DNA of 64,000 nt from Myxococcota bacterium (GTDB lineage: Bacteria > Myxococcota_A > Polyangia > Polyangiales > JANWZI01). The notes beneath the pieces were generated by a model, which saw only the letters and a list, made by a program, of their open reading frames with translations, was not told the DNA's origin and did not search any database. Both the position numbers and the translations under genes were made by a program. Shown here piece by piece: positions 18,391 through 28,759 of the stretch. The stretch spans positions 3,838 to 67,837 of the forward strand of contig JANWZI010000005.1 of NCBI GenBank assembly GCA_025054695.1, written 5' to 3'. Positions within the stretch are counted from its first letter, which is position 1; each line of letters opens with the position of its first letter.

Positions 18391-19702
18391 GGGGCCGCTG
18401 CCCGCACCGCTCGAGCGACTGATGCGTCCGGCGGCGCGTGAGGACGACGTCGCGCGTCTGTGGCGTAGCCTTTCGGCGCGGCGTGCGGCGCGATCGGCTC
18501 GCTCGGCCACGGCGTGGCGTGCTTGGGCCGTCGCGGCGGGGCTGCTCGCCGTGGGCACGGCGCTCGTCGCGAGAGGGATATCGTGGAGCTCGTCGACGCA
18601 CGCCGGTCCTCTGATGCTCGAGGATGGATCGCGGCCTGCGGGGTGGGTGGCGGCAGGCGCGACGCTGCGGTTCGAGGATGGATCGTCGCTGCAAACGGGG
18701 GCGGACACGCGCGCGGAGCTGGTCGAGAACGACGCTGGGCGGATCGTGACCGCGCTGCGCGCGGGGCGTGTGCGGTTCAGCGTCGTCGGCGGAGGGGGGC
18801 GTCGATGGATCGTCGAGGCGGGGGCCGTGACCGTCGAGGTGGTCGGCACGCGATTCGAGGTCGAGCGCACGGCGCGCGACGTTCGGGTCGAAGTGCATCA
18901 CGGGGCGGTGCTGGTGCGGGGCGCGCGCGTTCCCGACGGCGTGCGGCGTCTGTCCGCGGGGGAACGGCTCGCGGTGCCGGACACGGCTACGGCGGAGGGC
19001 GAGTCGCCATCGCGCGTCGCGGACGTGGAAGCGGGCGACGCGGCGAACGAGGTCGCCTCGAACCAGCAACGCGACGGCGATCGCGCCTCGGCCGAAACGA
19101 CCGGATCGGGGCCCAGAGCCAGTGGCGAGACCGTCGCACGAGGGGAAGCGGACGACATCGAGCCGGCGAAGCCGGCGGTCCCCAGGGGTCGTGTCCCGTT
19201 GCGAAGCGTTGCCGATGCGGACCGCTCGGGCTCCGAAGACGGCGCCTGGCGGCAATGGCTGCGCGAGGGACAATGGGCGCTCGCGTGGGCTCGGCTCGAG
19301 GCGGTCGGCGTCGAGGTCGCGGTCGAACGAGCCACGGACGTCGAGGAACTGTTCCAGATCGCCACGCTGGCCCGACTGGCCGGTCGGCCCCGGCAGGCTC
19401 TGGTGGCGCTCGAGCGCGCGGCGCGCATCGGGTCCGGTCCGGAAGCGGCCGTCGCGCTCTTCACCCACGGGCGCGTGCTACTCGACGAGCTGGGGCGACC
19501 CGCCGATGCGGCGCGCTCGTTCGAGGCGGTCGCGAGGCATGCGGACGCGCCGGCCGATCTCGTCGAGGCGGCGCGTGGACGGTGGCACGAGGCCCTGCGG
19601 CGCGCGGGCCTCGACGAGGAGGTCTCGGGCGCGTCGGAGGCACCCGAGCGCGATCGCGCTTCGCGCACCGAAGGGCGTGAAGCGTCCGCCTCGTTGCCGT
19701 GA
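18383..19702 (+). CDS. FecR-domain anti-sigma factor with helical-repeat C-terminus
   Basis: ATG overlaps the sigma stop (ATGGCTGA). Single TM AWAVAAGLLAVGTALVA. FecR-like GRVRFSV...WIVEAGAVTVEVVGTRFEVER. Confidence 0.7.
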   Translation: MAEGPLPAPLERLMRPAAREDDVARLWRSLSARRAARSARSATAWRAWAVAAGLLAVGTALVARGISWSSSTHAGPLMLEDGSRPAGWVAAGATLRFEDGSSLQTGADTRAELVENDAGRIVTALRAGRVRFSVVGGGGRRWIVEAGAVTVEVVGTRFEVERTARDVRVEVHHGAVLVRGARVPDGVRRLSAGERLAVPDTATAEGESPSRVADVEAGDAANEVASNQQRDGDRASAETTGSGPRASGETVARGEADDIEPAKPAVPRGRVPLRSVADADRSGSEDGAWRQWLREGQWALAWARLEAVGVEVAVERATDVEELFQIATLARLAGRPRQALVALERAARIGSGPEAAVALFTHGRVLLDELGRPADAARSFEAVARHADAPADLVEAARGRWHEALRRAGLDEEVSGASEAPERDRASRTEGREASASLP

Positions 19703-20721
19703 CGCTCGCGGTGGGGCTCGTCTTGATGGCGGCCCACGCCGGCCGTGCCCCAGCGCAGTCGGAGTGCCCGCGCCTGCGTGTGGAAGGATGCGACGCACGC
19801 GTCGAGACCGCCGCACTCGGCCTCGCGCTGCGGGTCGAGCTCGACCAGGCCTGCGACGGCGGCGCACGCGTGGACGTCGTGCTGCGTTGTGAGTCGGACG
19901 CATCGGTCGTCTGGGACGTCGCGACGGCCGAGCGAGCACGGTCTGGACGCACGTTTCTCGCGGGAGGTACGCCGTCGGTGCGCGCGCGTGTGCTCGCGAT
20001 CGTGCTCGCGGAAGCCGTCCTCGCGGCTCTGCACGGCGGCACGGTGGCGGCGACGGATCGCCCGCCGGAGCCGGTCGGGTCGGATGCCGCGACAGCCGGC
20101 GGCCTCGTATCGCCGGCCCCCCACGACGAGCGCGGAGGCGGTCTCTCGCGAGCCGCGCCCTCTTCCTACCCCGTCGCTCGACCGGCGGCGCTGCTGCGTT
20201 TCGAGGCGCTGCCGGTGCGGACGGATCCGGGTCCTTCCTGGTCCGTCGCGACGTCGCTCCGGAGCCACATGGGCAGCCACGGCGCCTCGATGATCGCCTT
20301 CAGCGGCGGGATTGGAGCAGGCGCGTTTCATCTCGAGGCGACGCACGCCTGGGCCGCGACGCCGGGCGCACGGAACGAAGGGCCCGCGGTGGATGCGACC
20401 ATGCACCTGACGGCGGTCGAGATGGCTGTCGGCGTGCTGCGCGCCGGCTCCGGCGCGTGGTCCTGGGAGCTCGCCGTGCGCGGTATGGCCGGGCTGTTGC
20501 GAGCGCGCGGCGAGCCGCGAGACGCCCGTTTCCGCGGGCTGGTGCGCTGGGCACCGTACGTCGCAGCCGCGATCGGACTCCAGGCGGGGCTCGATGGTTC
20601 GCGGGGCGGTCTCGAAGCGGACGCGAGCATCGGGTGGGCGCAAGGGCTGGAGGCGGCGGTCGACGGCCGCCCGCTCCTCGTCGCGCACGGGCCATTCGTC
20701 GGCGCGCGGCTCAGCGCGCGA
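19699..20721 (+). CDS. secreted hypothetical protein, third gene of the ECF module; 3' end unresolved
   Basis: GTGA overlap with the anti-sigma stop. Signal peptide LVLMAAHAGRAPAQ. Third-position GC is high. The frame has no stop until 22563 and runs codon-aligned antisense through the nucleotidase gene. Confidence 0.5.
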
Positions 20722-22485
20722 TCACGGCGTCGGGCAGCGTACGGGCCGCCGGCCCGGAAGCACGATCCGGGGACGCTGCCGGTCGAACAGGGCCGGATCG
20801 TCCGCGCGGATTTCCCCGCCGCGGGCTTCGAGCAGTCGCGCGATTTCCTCGCGAATCGGTGGCTCGTCTTCGATGACGACGGCACCCGGCCGGCGGCGGA
20901 CGTCCTCGAATACGTCGTCACCGCCCGTGGCCACGAAATCGCTCGTGAGCACACGAAGCGGTTCGTCGTCGCGTACCGGCTGCCCGTCGGGCCGCAGAAG
21001 CTCGACGTCGAGATCGGTGCCCTCGCATCGCGCCACGACGCGCACGCCCGCCACCGACAGGATCCCGCGACCTCCCCGCAGGTTGCGCTCGAAGACCCGT
21101 TCCAGCTCCCGCCCGGTCATGAGAACCGTCGCGAAGCGGTTGTCGAACGGCAGCGCTTCGTACAGGGAGCCATAGGTGAGCTCGCCCGCAGGAAGCGAGT
21201 CACGCAATCCGCCGCCGTTGTAGAGGGCCACGTCGGCACCCGGCCGTGCCCGCAACATGAGGTCGACCACGAGGTTGCCGAGCGGCGACTCTTCGTCGTA
21301 GTCCCGGCGGACCGGGCGAGGGAGCCGCACGCCGAGCGAACGGTCTCGCACCGCACGCGCAGCCTCGAGATACGGCGCGATGGCCCGCAGCACGCGCTCC
21401 GAGGGTCGGACCGGGGCACCCTCGTACGGCTCGGGCCGGCAATCGGCGAGCGACTCCGACCGGCTGCGGCACAGCTCGCGGGGCGGATGGATGTCGGCAC
21501 GAAGCACGCGGCGCGTGGCGCGGTCGAGGACGAGATCGACGCGCCCGAATCCGCGTCCGTTGGCCCACGATTCGACGATGGCGACGCCGTGGACGCGATG
21601 TGCAACGACGTCGTGGGTGTGCCCGGCGGCAATCACGTCGACCAGGCCCTGAGGCAACGCGCGCGCAAGCCGGAAGATCTCGGAATCGGTCCTGCAGCTC
21701 GAGAGGTCGTCCGGCGCATCGCTCCGGCGGCACGCTCCTCCCGCATGGGCGAGCACGACCACCACGTGCGCCCCCTCGCGCCGCAGCGCGCTCGCCTGCT
21801 CGCGCACCGCTTCGGCGAGCGGCCGGACGGCAAGATCCGCGACGTTGGCCGCGATCGTCGTGCTCGGGGTCTCTTCGGTCGTCACGCCGGTCAGACCGAC
21901 GCGGATGCCGGCCATCTCGAGCAGGACGCGCTCGCGCACCCCGGGCCACTGCACGGGCCGACCGCTCGCACGTTCCACGAGGTTCGCGGCCAGAAGCGCA
22001 AACGGCGCCTCTCGCGCCCGCTCGAGCAGCGCTCCGCGTGGATCGTCGCCCGGACCGGAAGGCGTCGCACGGGGCCCGACGGGACCGTAGTCGAACTCGT
22101 GATTGCCGATGGCCATCGCGTGGTAGCCCGCCTCCGCGTAGGCGCGCACCATCGCGGCTCCCTCGCTCAGATTGCTTTCGAGCGTGCCCTGCCAGGCGTC
22201 GCCGGCGTCGACGAGCAGCACCGCGCCCGCATCGGCCGCGCGCACTCGACGCAGATTCTCGACGTGGCCGGCGAGCACCGCGACGCGCTCGATCCGGCCA
22301 TGTACGTCGTTGGTCGCGACGACGGACAGGACGACCGTGTCGCCGCCCGCCGCGCGACCCGATCCGACCGGTTCGGAGGACGCACGCGTCGCGCCCGGCT
22401 GCTGACCCGGTTGGGCGCCGGGCAGCCGCACCCACGGCCCATCGCATGCCGCCACAAGCGCCGCGATGGCGAGCGCGCCCCGCAC
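20722..22485 (-). CDS. bifunctional metallophosphatase/5'-nucleotidase lipoprotein
   Basis: NDVHGR, DAGDAWQG, GNHEFD, LAHAGG and GHTHD motifs plus a C-terminal nucleotidase domain (GNLVVDLM, YNGGGLR). Lipobox LVAAC. GTG 22485 is preferred over ATG 22536, which would overlap the upstream gene. Confidence 0.88.
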   Translation of the reverse strand: MRGALAIAALVAACDGPWVRLPGAQPGQQPGATRASSEPVGSGRAAGGDTVVLSVVATNDVHGRIERVAVLAGHVENLRRVRAADAGAVLLVDAGDAWQGTLESNLSEGAAMVRAYAEAGYHAMAIGNHEFDYGPVGPRATPSGPGDDPRGALLERAREAPFALLAANLVERASGRPVQWPGVRERVLLEMAGIRVGLTGVTTEETPSTTIAANVADLAVRPLAEAVREQASALRREGAHVVVVLAHAGGACRRSDAPDDLSSCRTDSEIFRLARALPQGLVDVIAAGHTHDVVAHRVHGVAIVESWANGRGFGRVDLVLDRATRRVLRADIHPPRELCRSRSESLADCRPEPYEGAPVRPSERVLRAIAPYLEAARAVRDRSLGVRLPRPVRRDYDEESPLGNLVVDLMLRARPGADVALYNGGGLRDSLPAGELTYGSLYEALPFDNRFATVLMTGRELERVFERNLRGGRGILSVAGVRVVARCEGTDLDVELLRPDGQPVRDDEPLRVLTSDFVATGGDDVFEDVRRRPGAVVIEDEPPIREEIARLLEARGGEIRADDPALFDRQRPRIVLPGRRPVRCPTP

Positions 22486-22495
22486 GCCCCGCGAA

Positions 22496-23314
22496 TCAAC
22501 CGGCGCGCGCCCACGCACGTACCAACGCCTCCGCATCCGCCCCCGCGAGCCGCCGGACCGTGACCACGTCGGCCGCGCGCACGTCGCGATGCGTCGTGAT
22601 CTCGTGCGCGACGACCACGTCCCCTTCGGCCGTCCGGCCGATGCATCGCGACCGGACCCGAACTTCGTCGTCGTCGGTCACGCCGGCGCGGAAGACCGCG
22701 CGTTCGGCGACGGGCTGCAGCGCCGCCGGCGACAGCCCCGCGGCCGCCATGACGCGGCTCGTGGCCTCGTCGGCCCAGTCGATGTACGCGGGGTGGTTGA
22801 CGTGGCCGAGCGGATCCATCCACGTGTGCCAGCAGCGGAAGCGCAGCTCGTGCACCGCGTTCGAATCCACCGGCTCCCACGACGGCAACTCGACGCTCGG
22901 ACCCTCCTCGTGCACCGGAAACGCGGCCAGGAGCTCCGCGCTCGCGCGCACCGGTCGCAGATCGGCGCGGACGTGCGCCCACAGCTGCGTTCCGGCGGCG
23001 AGCACAGATCCGTCGGCCGCGAGCATGCGCACCTCCCGCGTCGAGAACACGTCGCGCCGGAATCGCGACACCCACGTCCGTGCGCGGGTCTGCTCGCCGT
23101 ATCCCGCCTCGCGCAGGTGACGCACGATCATCTCGCGCACCACGAAGGCCGTGCCGCTCGCGCGGTAGCGCTCCGGCGGAAAACCGGCACGGCAACTCGC
23201 CTCGACCGCAGCTTCCTGGAAGAAGCGCCACACGTCGGCGGCGCGGCATGCGTCCCGCGGACCGAAGGCATACCGCGGCAGCCTGAGGACGAATTCGTGG
23301 ACGGGCTCGCTCAC
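22496..23314 (-). CDS. double-hotdog acyl-ACP/acyl-CoA thioesterase-like protein
   Basis: GTG 23314. Two hotdog halves (VVREMIVRHL..., LGHVNHPAYIDWADEA...). The ORF stays open upstream through array R4 in a Pro/Ser frame. Confidence 0.65.
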   Translation of the reverse strand: MSEPVHEFVLRLPRYAFGPRDACRAADVWRFFQEAAVEASCRAGFPPERYRASGTAFVVREMIVRHLREAGYGEQTRARTWVSRFRRDVFSTREVRMLAADGSVLAAGTQLWAHVRADLRPVRASAELLAAFPVHEEGPSVELPSWEPVDSNAVHELRFRCWHTWMDPLGHVNHPAYIDWADEATSRVMAAAGLSPAALQPVAERAVFRAGVTDDDEVRVRSRCIGRTAEGDVVVAHEITTHRDVRAADVVTVRRLAGADAEALVRAWARAG

Positions 23315-23350
23315 CGCGCGTTGCGATAGCACACCCCCGTCCACGCGTAT

Positions 23351-23529
23351 CGGGCTCGGTCTCGGACTCCGGCTCGGACTCGGACTCGGGCTCGGGCTCC
23401 GACTCGGACTCGGGATCGGATTGGGGATCGCAACACCATTGCGCCACGTCGAGCAACGTGACCGCCGCCATCGGACTCGGACTCGGGTCTCGGGCTCCGG
23501 CTCGGACGCTGAACCGAGACTCGGACTCA
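23351..23529 (-). repeat. Period-6 array, copy R4: tail, conserved head, and a second short tail
   Basis: Tail at 23351-23426. Head at 23427-23471 reads on the minus strand atg gcg gcg gtc acg ttg ctc gac gtg gcg caa tgg tgt tgc gat. More units at 23472-23529. Confidence 0.9.
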
Positions 23530-23591
23530 ACTGCGAGGGCGGGCCCGGGATCGAGCCCTCCCGACGCGGACGCGCGATCCGTTCGGCCCCG

Positions 23592-25367
23592 TCAGATGAG
23601 GATCGTGCCTCCCTCGGGCGGCACGATGATGTAGACGTTCCGCGAATCGAGATCCGCGACGCCGTTGCCCACGACGATGATGCGGGCGCGGAAGATCTGC
23701 GCCGTCGCCGCCGGTGGCCGCACGTCGTTCCAGAAGTCGATCGCGAAGTCGACGAGCGTGCCCGGGATGACCCCGTAGAACGTCGTCATGTCTTTTCGCG
23801 TGTAGCCCGTTCCGGGGATTCCGTCGCGGTAGCCCTCGACGGGCACGATGCTCTTGATGAAACGCGTCGCGTCGAAGTCATCGGGGTTGCCCGGCACGTT
23901 CTCGGTGCGCGTGCTGACGTCCTGGGGCGTGCCACCGACGAGCTCGGCGATGGCGTTGACGACCTCGCTCGTTATTCTCGTGCCCTCGGGACCGAGCTCG
24001 AAACAGAGCGGAGAGCCGTCGGCGCGGACCGAGCCGGTGTCGCGCGCGAGATTACACATCTGCGCCGTCGCCGGATAGCCGGGATTGGACGGAATGTAGT
24101 CGGTCGACAGCGAGACGACGCGCGCCCCGATGGCCCGCAGCGCCTCGAGCGCGTCGACGTACAGCCTCGCACCGGGCACGTCGGTGTACGTGCAGCTCGC
24201 GCCCTCCAGTTCGTCGAGGGGCCAGCCCGGTGGCAGCGGCTCGTGGAACGGCGCGTCGCTCACGTAGACGATGATGGGCAGCGCGCCGGGCCGGAAGCAC
24301 GGATATCCGCGGCGCGGGCCGGGCTCGTCCGGGATCGACGGGCAGGTCTTGGCCGGAATCGATCCCGCCATGCCGCCCCAGCCCCCCGCGGGCCACGACG
24401 TGCCCGAGCCCGTCGCCGTCATGTACAGCGCCTCGACTCCCGACTCGCAGCCGTTGCCGCCGCTGTGACGCGGATACGCGCGTACCGCGTCGATGATGTC
24501 GCGCACCCCGTTGGGCCCGCCGGACTGGAACGTCATCACGTCGCTCGACGGCGAGAACCGCGCCGTCATCGCGCCCATGTCCTGTTCGAACGGCACGATG
24601 TCGATGAGGTGGTAGTAGGGAAGGTCCGTTCCCCCGCCGTGGGCGCCGACGGGGAAGTCGTCGAACCCGCCCGCGCCGAACTGGACGTTCGGGATGAGAT
24701 CCTGGACCCCGGGAATGATCACCGTCTCCATCCCGCGCTGGACGTTGCCGACCTCGCTGTACATCGAGCCGGTCGTGTCCATCAGGAAGAAGACGTCGGC
24801 CACCTGGATGTTCGTGCCGAATCGCAGCGTGCGGTTCTCGCGCGGCCCGTTGTAGGGAAGCACGACGAAGAAGTCGGTTTCGGGAATCGTGCTCGACGGG
24901 TCGGTCGGATCGGTACCCGTGCCGTGCACCTCGCCGAGGTCGGTCACTCCGTCCCCGTCCGTGTCGATGGCGTGGGGGTCGGTGCCGTGATCGAGCTCCT
25001 CGCGATCCGTCAGGCCGTCGTTGTCGCTGTCGCTGTCGTGCGAGTCGATGACGCCGTCGCCGTCGCCGTCCGCGATGGTGCACGGACGCGGCCCGGCTTC
25101 CATCGCGTCCGGGATGCCGTCCCCGTCGGAATCGTCGTCGAGATGATTCGGCGTGCCGTCGCCGTCGGTGTCGGCCATGGTCTCGAGCTCGTCGGCGACG
25201 CCGTCGCGGTCCGTGTCCGTCTCGTTCGTGCAGCCCTCCATCCCCGGACCGGCGTCCGTACGGATCCCGCCGTCGCGGGCTCCTCGCCTCGGCCCTGCGC
25301 GACCGGCCGTGCATGCGGCGAGGACGACGACCAGCAAAAGAAACGCGTGGAACAGCGAACGCGTCAT
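23592..25367 (-). CDS. TSP3-repeat / vWA-like secreted lipoprotein
   Basis: Lipobox LAAC. Ca-binding DxDxDG repeats ([49 protein letters not shown]). MIDAS-like [10 protein letters not shown]. Confidence 0.8.
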   Translation of the reverse strand: MTRSLFHAFLLLVVVLAACTAGRAGPRRGARDGGIRTDAGPGMEGCTNETDTDRDGVADELETMADTDGDGTPNHLDDDSDGDGIPDAMEAGPRPCTIADGDGDGVIDSHDSDSDNDGLTDREELDHGTDPHAIDTDGDGVTDLGEVHGTGTDPTDPSSTIPETDFFVVLPYNGPRENRTLRFGTNIQVADVFFLMDTTGSMYSEVGNVQRGMETVIIPGVQDLIPNVQFGAGGFDDFPVGAHGGGTDLPYYHLIDIVPFEQDMGAMTARFSPSSDVMTFQSGGPNGVRDIIDAVRAYPRHSGGNGCESGVEALYMTATGSGTSWPAGGWGGMAGSIPAKTCPSIPDEPGPRRGYPCFRPGALPIIVYVSDAPFHEPLPPGWPLDELEGASCTYTDVPGARLYVDALEALRAIGARVVSLSTDYIPSNPGYPATAQMCNLARDTGSVRADGSPLCFELGPEGTRITSEVVNAIAELVGGTPQDVSTRTENVPGNPDDFDATRFIKSIVPVEGYRDGIPGTGYTRKDMTTFYGVIPGTLVDFAIDFWNDVRPPAATAQIFRARIIVVGNGVADLDSRNVYIIVPPEGGTILI

Positions 25368-25536
25368 GGCGCACCTCACGAGGTTGGAACGGAAGATGGT
25401 GGGCCATTCCGGGACACGAAATCAAGGGGGGTTGGCTTCGACGGGGCGCGGGATGGACTGCCCCCCGGCCAGCCGGCTCGCGGAGCCCTGCGCGCGGTCG
25501 TTCGACGCGCCCCGACGCGGGCGGCGCGCGCCTCGA

Positions 25537-27729
25537 TCAGCCGAACGGCACGGGGTTGGCCGGCACGACGATGATGACGAGGCGCGTGTCGAGCACGGCG
25601 GAGCCACCGCCGCGCACGTCGATGTATGCGAGATAGACCTCGGACGTCGGCCCGCCGGGGTAGAAGTCGTTGTGGAACCGGATACGGAACCGCACCGTCG
25701 ATCCGGGGACGACCCCGAAGAACGTCGAGACGTCGAACGCCGCGACGGCGTCCTCGTGCGCGATACCCGGCGGCGGTGTCCAGCACGGCTCGGCCGGAAC
25801 GGCGTGGCAGCGCGGGACGCGACGCTTGATGAAGCGCGTCGCGTCGATGGGACTCGCGGGATAGTCGTCCGTCGGATCGTCGCGCGTGACCGTGTCCACG
25901 TCGAGCGGGACACGCGTCGCGAGCGTGCGAATCGCTTCGGTGAGTGTCTCGACGAACGTCGTGGAGCTGGACCCGTTCGGCAGGTCGTAGACCAGGGGCC
26001 GCCCGTCGATGTCCACCGAGCCCGTCTCCTCCGTCGTCCGCTTCATGAAGTAGCAGGGTGGATGTCCACCCGCGGCGACGACCCCCGCGCAGCTCGTGCT
26101 GATCGTGTTGACCCCGATGTACTTGGCGCCGACGCGATTGAGCTCCGCGATCATCGTCGTCCAGTCGACGGGATTGGGCGTGATGCCCACGTACGGGTCG
26201 CAGCTTCGCGTGTCCTCCCCGGGCGGGCCGTTGTGCGAGCAGATGTCGGTGAAATGGACGATGATCGGCAGGGCGCCCGTGCGGAAGCACGGCGCTCCCC
26301 AGCCGCTGTCGAGGCAGTCACCGGCGTAGCGGCGCATCGTGTACGTGCTCGTCCCGAAGCCAGAGGGCCCCATCCACGTCCCGCCGACGCCGGTGACGAT
26401 CTGGTAGAGCGCCTCGGTCTGCGATTCGGGACCGTCCCCGCCCCCGTGGATCATCATCCGAGCGAAGGCGGCCTGGACGTCCGCGCGGCGTTCCGGCGGT
26501 GTCATGCGGATGGCGAGAATGAACGGCTCGTCGCCCGGACCCCCATAGGAACCGAAGGGGAAGTCGTCGTGCTGGCCTCCTCCAAACCACGCGTCGGGGA
26601 TGACCTCGCTGAACCGATCGATGAGGCCGCCGGGCGCGGACACAGTGCGCTGGACGTTGGCGAGCGTCCCTCCCATCGAGCCCGTCGTGTCCGAGATGAA
26701 GAAGATGTCCGCGACCCGAATCGTCGTCCCGAAGTCGAGGTCGCGCTCGATGGGCTCCGCGCGGTAGGGGAGGACGACGTAGAAGTGCTCGTCCGGGATC
26801 ACGCAGGCGGCGCTCGTCGCGCAATCGCAGTCGGTGCCCCGTCCATCGGGGCACGCGAAGCGTTCGTAGGCGCCCTCCGCGAGATCGTCGAACCCGTCCC
26901 CATCACTGTCGACATTGCAGCCGTCGGTTCCCACTGAACGCTCTTCGCCGTCCGACAGCCCATCGTTGTCGCTGTCGCGATCCGCGAAGTCCGGGAAGCC
27001 ATCGCCCGCGCGTTCGCGCGTGATGGGGTCGATCTCTTCGCCGCACACGCTCGGCGGCGTCGCGAGCTCGCCGTCCCCGGCCTCGATCGCGTCGTTGAGG
27101 CCGTCGCCGTCCGAGTCGTCGTCTCGGAAATTCGGGCGACCGTCCCCGTCGACGTCCCGCGATCCCTCGTGTGCGTCGGAAATGGAGTCGCCATCGGAAT
27201 CGTCGTCCTCGACGTCGGGGGTCCCGTCCATATCGGTGTCGACGCGGGCGCCGCCCTCGCCCAGCTCGTCGACGTTGCGGATCCCGTCGCCGTCCACGTC
27301 CGGATCGCGTGTATCGGGAACGCCGTCGCGATCGCGATCCCGATCCCGCTGCTCGCGATCCAGAACCCCGTCGCCGTTGGCGTCCGTGTCGAGGAAGTCG
27401 GGCGTGCCGTCGCCGTCCGCGTCGACGGGCGGCGTACGACAGTCGCGGTCGCCAGCCTCATCGATGTCCTCGAAGCCATCCCCGTCGGAGTCCCGATCCT
27501 CGGCGTTCGGCTGGGTGTCCCCGTCGGCGTCGGACGAACCTTCGTCCATCGAGCTGATGAAATCGCCGTCGGGGTCGTCGCCCGCACCGCAGCGCAGCAC
27601 CACGCCGCCCTCCGTTCCGCCGTCGATGGGATCGCCACCATCCGCGCGATCCTCGCCACCACCGCATCCGGACGAGCCCAGACCCACGACGAAGGTCGCC
27701 GCCACCCATGCGCGAATGTGCAGATTCAT
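25537..27729 (-). CDS. TSP3-repeat / vWA-like secreted lipoprotein (longer paralog)
   Basis: Lipobox LGSSGC. About ten DxDxDG repeats. FFISDTTGSM. The C-terminal region is collinear with the 23592..25367 protein (FIKxxVP, FxGVxPG, IIVxP). Confidence 0.8.
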   Translation of the reverse strand: MNLHIRAWVAATFVVGLGSSGCGGGEDRADGGDPIDGGTEGGVVLRCGAGDDPDGDFISSMDEGSSDADGDTQPNAEDRDSDGDGFEDIDEAGDRDCRTPPVDADGDGTPDFLDTDANGDGVLDREQRDRDRDRDGVPDTRDPDVDGDGIRNVDELGEGGARVDTDMDGTPDVEDDDSDGDSISDAHEGSRDVDGDGRPNFRDDDSDGDGLNDAIEAGDGELATPPSVCGEEIDPITRERAGDGFPDFADRDSDNDGLSDGEERSVGTDGCNVDSDGDGFDDLAEGAYERFACPDGRGTDCDCATSAACVIPDEHFYVVLPYRAEPIERDLDFGTTIRVADIFFISDTTGSMGGTLANVQRTVSAPGGLIDRFSEVIPDAWFGGGQHDDFPFGSYGGPGDEPFILAIRMTPPERRADVQAAFARMMIHGGGDGPESQTEALYQIVTGVGGTWMGPSGFGTSTYTMRRYAGDCLDSGWGAPCFRTGALPIIVHFTDICSHNGPPGEDTRSCDPYVGITPNPVDWTTMIAELNRVGAKYIGVNTISTSCAGVVAAGGHPPCYFMKRTTEETGSVDIDGRPLVYDLPNGSSSTTFVETLTEAIRTLATRVPLDVDTVTRDDPTDDYPASPIDATRFIKRRVPRCHAVPAEPCWTPPPGIAHEDAVAAFDVSTFFGVVPGSTVRFRIRFHNDFYPGGPTSEVYLAYIDVRGGGSAVLDTRLVIIVVPANPVPFG

Positions 27730-28021
27730 CGGATCACCACTTGCTGCTTCGCGAAAAGACGCCTGAGATGTTACGGGGACGCGCAGGGGTGTTCAACCGG
27801 ACGACGAGGGGCTTCGTATCGAGCTTCATGTCGCGAGGGTGAGTGGCCATCGTCGCACCGTTCCGTCCGTCTCGACGGGGCGTCCTGCCGAACTGGCGCG
27901 ACCGCGGCCCGCGACCGGACCGGGCGATTTGGGAATGACACGCTCCCTTCGCGCGTGCTATGAGGCGTAGCCCCCGCGGACGTGCGACACGACTCACGGT
28001 ACTCGAAACATCGTTACTGCT

Positions 28022-28759
28022 ATGGAGGTGAGGAAGATGCGGGAGCGGACATCCCTGGGACGCGGCGACCACCGCGAGTGGCCCGGAACGCTTACGGGTG
28101 GGTGGCCCACGGGGCGGCTCCTCGTCCTCGCGTCGGTGCTGCTCGGGACGGCTGCAGCGGCTGGCTGCGGGCCCCGTTACCCCAACTGCGACGACGACGA
28201 CGACTGCAGGGCCCGGGAGTACTGCGTCGACGGGCGCTGTCAGCAGTGCCGCAACGATGGAGATTGCCCGGAAGGACGACGGTGCACCCGCGGTCGCTGC
28301 GAGCCCATCGAGGGCTGGTGCCGGACGTCGGGAGACTGTCCCCCGGGAATGGAGTGCCGCGGCAATCGCTGTCAGGTCGTATCGCGCGCGCAGACCGAGG
28401 TACCCGCCGCCACCCCGACGCCGACTCCCCAGGTCTGCCAGCTCGCCCCGGTCTACTTCGGGTTCGACCAGGACACGCTCGAGGCGAACGCGCGAGCCAC
28501 GCTCCAGGCCAACGTCGAGTGCATGCGACAGCGGGGCATCCGCGCGGTGCACGTGACCGGATACACCGATCCCCGCGGCACCGAGGAGTACAACCTTGCG
28601 CTGGGTGAGCGGCGCGCGCAGTCGGTGCGCAATTACCTGCGGTCGCTCGGCGTCGACGCCAGCGCGATCACGACGTCGTCCATGGGCGAGGAGATGGCCA
28701 CCGGGACCGACGAGGCGAGCTGGGCGGTGGATCGCCGCGCCGAGATGTCCGAGCGGTGA
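28022..28759 (+). CDS. pal: peptidoglycan-associated lipoprotein Pal with Cys-rich insert
   Basis: Lipobox AAAGC. Three DCxxGxxCxxGxC-like repeats. OmpA_C domain: VTGYTDPRGTEEYNLALGERRAQSV. Confidence 0.85.
   Translation: MEVRKMRERTSLGRGDHREWPGTLTGGWPTGRLLVLASVLLGTAAAAGCGPRYPNCDDDDDCRAREYCVDGRCQQCRNDGDCPEGRRCTRGRCEPIEGWCRTSGDCPPGMECRGNRCQVVSRAQTEVPAATPTPTPQVCQLAPVYFGFDQDTLEANARATLQANVECMRQRGIRAVHVTGYTDPRGTEEYNLALGERRAQSVRNYLRSLGVDASAITTSSMGEEMATGTDEASWAVDRRAEMSER

Noticed and set aside
22167-23471. 434-aa ORF beginning at the R4 head ATG.
   Set aside because: After the acidic tail it simply runs out of frame across the thioesterase gene. Only the first ~45 codons (head plus tail) are meaningful.
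27730-28021. The 290-nt array-free gap upstream of pal as a riboswitch/sRNA or sigma-54 promoter.
   Set aside because: I found no TGGCAC-N5-TTGC match, no convincing conserved-looking structure, and no terminator. It is probably an ordinary divergent promoter region.
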